Source of the DNA: Thalia democratica
Taxonomy: Eukaryota
Direction: 5' to 3'
Assembly (NCBI GenBank): GCA_965202585.1
Contig: OZ241832.1
Span: 33,480,001-33,544,000 of the forward strand
DNA: 64,000 nt
Shown here: one piece after another, positions 60,654 through 64,000 of the stretch
Layout: the number at the start of each line of letters is the position of its first letter
Numbering within the stretch: the first letter of the stretch is position 1
Notes under the pieces: model-generated
Told to the model about the DNA's origin: nothing
Databases searched by the model: none
Seen by the model: only the letters and a program-made list of their open reading frames with translations
Position numbers and translations under genes: made by a program

Positions 60654-63600
60654 TTAGACAACTGGCGTTATTAGGCATCCATTGGAATTTACAATAAAGA
60701 TTTTACGATCATTGTTAACAATAGTGAGCACTTAAAAGACTCTAAAAGTATATCATAAAATAATGTTTAAAGTTATGTGCTTAAATTGCTTTTGAGCTGT
60801 CAAAGCATATATAAATATCTGTGTAACTACTCACAAACATGTTTAAATTTAGTTGTTAAGATGAGAAAAGTATCTAAATAATTTTTAAATAATTATTCAG
60901 TTTTGCTTATAAATTATAATAAATGCAAAGATAGCGCAATTGTGGTATAAAAGTTCAGGTTTTGAATTAAAAATTTAGTGACGAAAATAAATAAGTATGA
61001 GCAATCGTTTTCAGGTTTATATAAACTTATACAGGTGTGAAACAGTAGATTTGAACAATTTTTGTAGTAATCTTAACGGATTTGAATATATTTTTTGTTT
61101 ACGTTCTGAATATGTAAAATATTTATCATTCAAAATAACTGTAACTTTTGAAAATGTGCGAAAAAAACTACTTACGTGACTCGATAATTCTAATGTTGCA
61201 ACGTTTGTCCCCGAGTTGATTTGAATTAATATCATCCTTTTTCATCAATGACTTTGACCTTTTATTTTTTTCATTTAAAGCAATACTTGAAATATCAGTT
61301 TCAGACGAAACACTTGAACAATTCTTGTTTTCTTCATACTTCTTATAATAAGTCTCGAGTAAATAACGTAACTCTTTTACAGAGTTTATCTTTAGATCAT
61401 CAACAGTCAATTCTTTGCTACATTTATCTTTTTTACAACCTTTTGATCTACTTTTTCTTTTTGAGTCAGTGTTTGCTAAGACAACATCATTGTCATTATT
61501 AGTTTTACCACGTGATACTTGCGTATGTTTAAAACATCTATCACTCGTGTTAGAATAAATTGTACTCAAATTAAGTGAATACTGGTCTCTTTGTTTTACT
61601 TCATCTTTAAGAGCTCTGCTTGTCGGGTAGACTTGCGAATGCGCTAAATTTTCACTGTTTAAGCACAGTTCGTTTTCAAACACGTCATTTGAATAATCAA
61701 CTTTCCCGTTGTTTGTTTTACCTTCAGCCGGGTAATCGCGATTCAGTTTGTTTCTGTTATTTCGCAAAGTAACAGCCGCTTCGCATAAGTCCAATATTTC
61801 ATCTATAGACATGGTGTTGTTGTTTTGCAAAGAAGTGTTTTTGGGCGGTTTTACTAATTGACTGTCTAATGGTGCAGGTGTTATTTTGCTTCCTATATTC
61901 ACAGGCTGTATTTTGTTACTTTCTCTATTTAGAGCATGTATGAACTCCGACAGACGCTTTGATTTCGCATGGTCGTTGCAGATTTCCAACTTGTCTTCTT
62001 TCGATTCTTTACCGGGTTCAGACGTCTTACAAGCTGACAGTTTTGATGAGAAATCGTTATTTGTCACTTTGGTCAAAGATAGAGTGTTCGGTTTAAATGT
62101 ATTTCTTTTAACTTCATCACCATTTTCTTCGCGATTCTGATTTTTATTGCCACTGCTGGCTAAATTGAAATCAGAGCTTGTCGGTGAAGAAATTACACTA
62201 AAACGACAGCTTTTGTCGTTGTTGCTAGTTGGAAGTTGTCTGTCGATGTTACTTCCGTTTGTAATATTTACACGAATGCAGTTTTCAATGGCGGAAAGAC
62301 TTTGAAGCATACATGCCTTGTCGGTTTCTGATGCGCTTTTCAAATTTTGAATGCACTTTTCCAGTTCACTTATACTTAGCTTGCTTTTTTGCAACAAATT
62401 TGCAGTGTTAGCTTGACTGTCGACTGTTGAGTCACTTTTTGTGGTTCGGCTGTTACATTTCAGAGTATTGTCAACAGTAAGCGTGTTTACGTCTTTTGTG
62501 TGAAGTTTGTTTTTGTTAAAGTCGTCTATTGCTTTACTTATTTTGTTTAAAGTTTTGTACTTTTCTCCTTTGAAATCTTCTGTTTGTTTTTGAGAAGTGA
62601 ACTTCTGAAGAGCTTGTAGAATATTAGATGTCTCTGATTGGTTTGTTTTATTGTTGACTATTGACGGAGTTTTAGTATTCCTTCTTTGATTAAAATGTAA
62701 ACTTTTGGTTGATCCTGTAATTTTTTGAACTAGTTGTATTACATACGGATGAAATAAAGTAGTTTGACTGGTTTATATTCACATATATACAATATGTAAT
62801 TTGCTAATAAAAGCAGTTAATTATAAATATAATTTATATGTTTATGGTGTTTATGTAGTAAAATTTCACTTTGATAAAGCCAAAACACCTCTTGTTTTAT
62901 GACAAAACAAAGTCAGTGAAATCGCTAGTTTTGTAAAACTGCAAAATGAGACGAAGTAAACTAAATTATTTTTGTAAAACCATAAATATTACAAATAGTA
63001 TAAGTGTCGCATGTCTTTAATGATTGATTTAAAAAGACTTTACAGTTTGTTTTCGTATTTTAGAGTTGTATTTTAACAACATACAAAAGTATCAATACCT
63101 TTAGTCGAATCCAAACTTAAGTTGTGACTTTCTAAAAAGCTTAAACTAGTAGATAACCAAGAATGCTTTAAAACTTCTTCTATTTCAATTCTGTTTTCAG
63201 CATTTTTGTTGTTCAGAGCTCGGTATAAATTCCTAAAATCTGTTTTTACTCACAACTTGCACTTTGAATACTTTTTATTAATTTGCTCAACTTAAACAAC
63301 TTTAAAAAACTTGTTTTATGTAACCTAAATAGGTAAAACCTTAATTTACCTTAATTTTTAATTTACACCAAGCTAAGTGTAAGATAAACATGTAAACTTA
63401 TCTCACTTTCACTGTATCCATAGAGATTTGAAAAAGAGCAATTTGAGTCGCTTATTCCTATAAACTTTTTCAACATAATCCCTCTGTAACATAATAAAAG
63501 TATTTGAATAGATATATAAGCTTGTATACTACTTACTTGACAAAAATTTTTACACGGAATTCAAATAAGCTCGATTCATATTTAAGCATCAACTTACAAG

Positions 63601-63723
63601 TTAAGAACGTCGTTTGCCTTGCCAAAACTGAACACACCACCCTGCACGACACGCATGTGGTGGAATCCTGAAAGTTTCAGGTTGCAATCCCCAGTTGCCA
63701 GCACACTTTTCAGGCTGAAGTTC
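60654..63723 (-). CDS. 3' part of a degenerate protein kinase (probable pseudokinase) with a long low-complexity tail; exons 63723-63598, 63483-63407, 63239-63099, 62714-61176, 60730-60654; 5' end not resolved
   Basis: Spliced frames give NFSLKSVLATGDCNLKLSGF (subdomains VIb-VII-like), ANDVLNLGIMLKKFIG (IX-like) and SENFRNLYRALNNKNAENRIEIEEVLKHSW (XI-like), followed by a 1.5-kb S/N/K-rich exon. All four junction phases match. A possible further exon near 63880-63980 reads YVKYYKIF..HIFFLSD. Confidence 0.6.
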
Positions 63724-64000
63724 CTGAAAAAAGTGTGGGTTTAGTTGTTTTAATTAAATAAAAAGTACTATACTTTTTTTGAAAGGGTACAATTGAACTT
63801 TTTTATTTTATCAATTAAACGTATATATATATATGTTTTTCTGTTTTAATATTCGTAGAAGTTTTATATAAACTTATTATAAAACTCTAAATGTTCAGTC
63901 TGAAAATTATAAATATCTGAAAGGAAAAAATATGTCGCGTTGTCTGGACAGTAAATATTTTGTAATACTTCACATACACATTAACTTAACTAGGTCTAAT

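Noticed and set aside
61168-62397. 409-aa ORF as a stand-alone gene
   Set aside because: No ATG start; the frame is open further upstream to an acceptor at 62714 and ends at a GTAAGT donor at 61175, so it is an internal exon.

Overview
AT-rich genomic DNA from an invertebrate animal (species not identifiable from sequence), with long, transposon-filled introns and intergenic spaces. Eight protein-coding genes could be reconstructed by hand. On the + strand: an intronless PARP2, a four-exon stefin-type cystatin that unexpectedly carries a signal peptide, seven-exon POLR1C/RPAC1, a three-exon Maf-like bZIP factor, a three-exon Sesquipedalian/PHETA PH-domain gene and four-exon LDAH. On the - strand: an intronless enkurin-like ORF and, 143 nt upstream of it, the 3' part of a degenerate protein kinase gene that probably continues past the window. 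Non-autonomous DNA transposons include two Transib-like copies whose ends carry the RSS heptamer CACAGTG, two Kolobok-like copies with TTAA TSDs, a hAT element with a dimerisation-domain remnant, a Mutator-like element with a 9-bp TSD, Tc1/mariner-like elements and several CAGGG-ended elements. The most notable non-coding feature is a 145-bp, 97% identical inverted repeat (34710-35179) with one complete minimal type I hammerhead ribozyme on each strand, resembling Penelope-like pLTRs, about 2.8 kb upstream of the Maf-like gene. Other oddities are two long foldback palindromes, a GC3 jump from about 24% to about 93% inside POLR1C, a POLR1C intron built from tandem copies of its own splice junction, and weak splice signals (GTT donors, acceptors without pyrimidine tracts). 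All gene models are manual, unverified by RNA data, and family names rest on recalled motifs rather than database searches.
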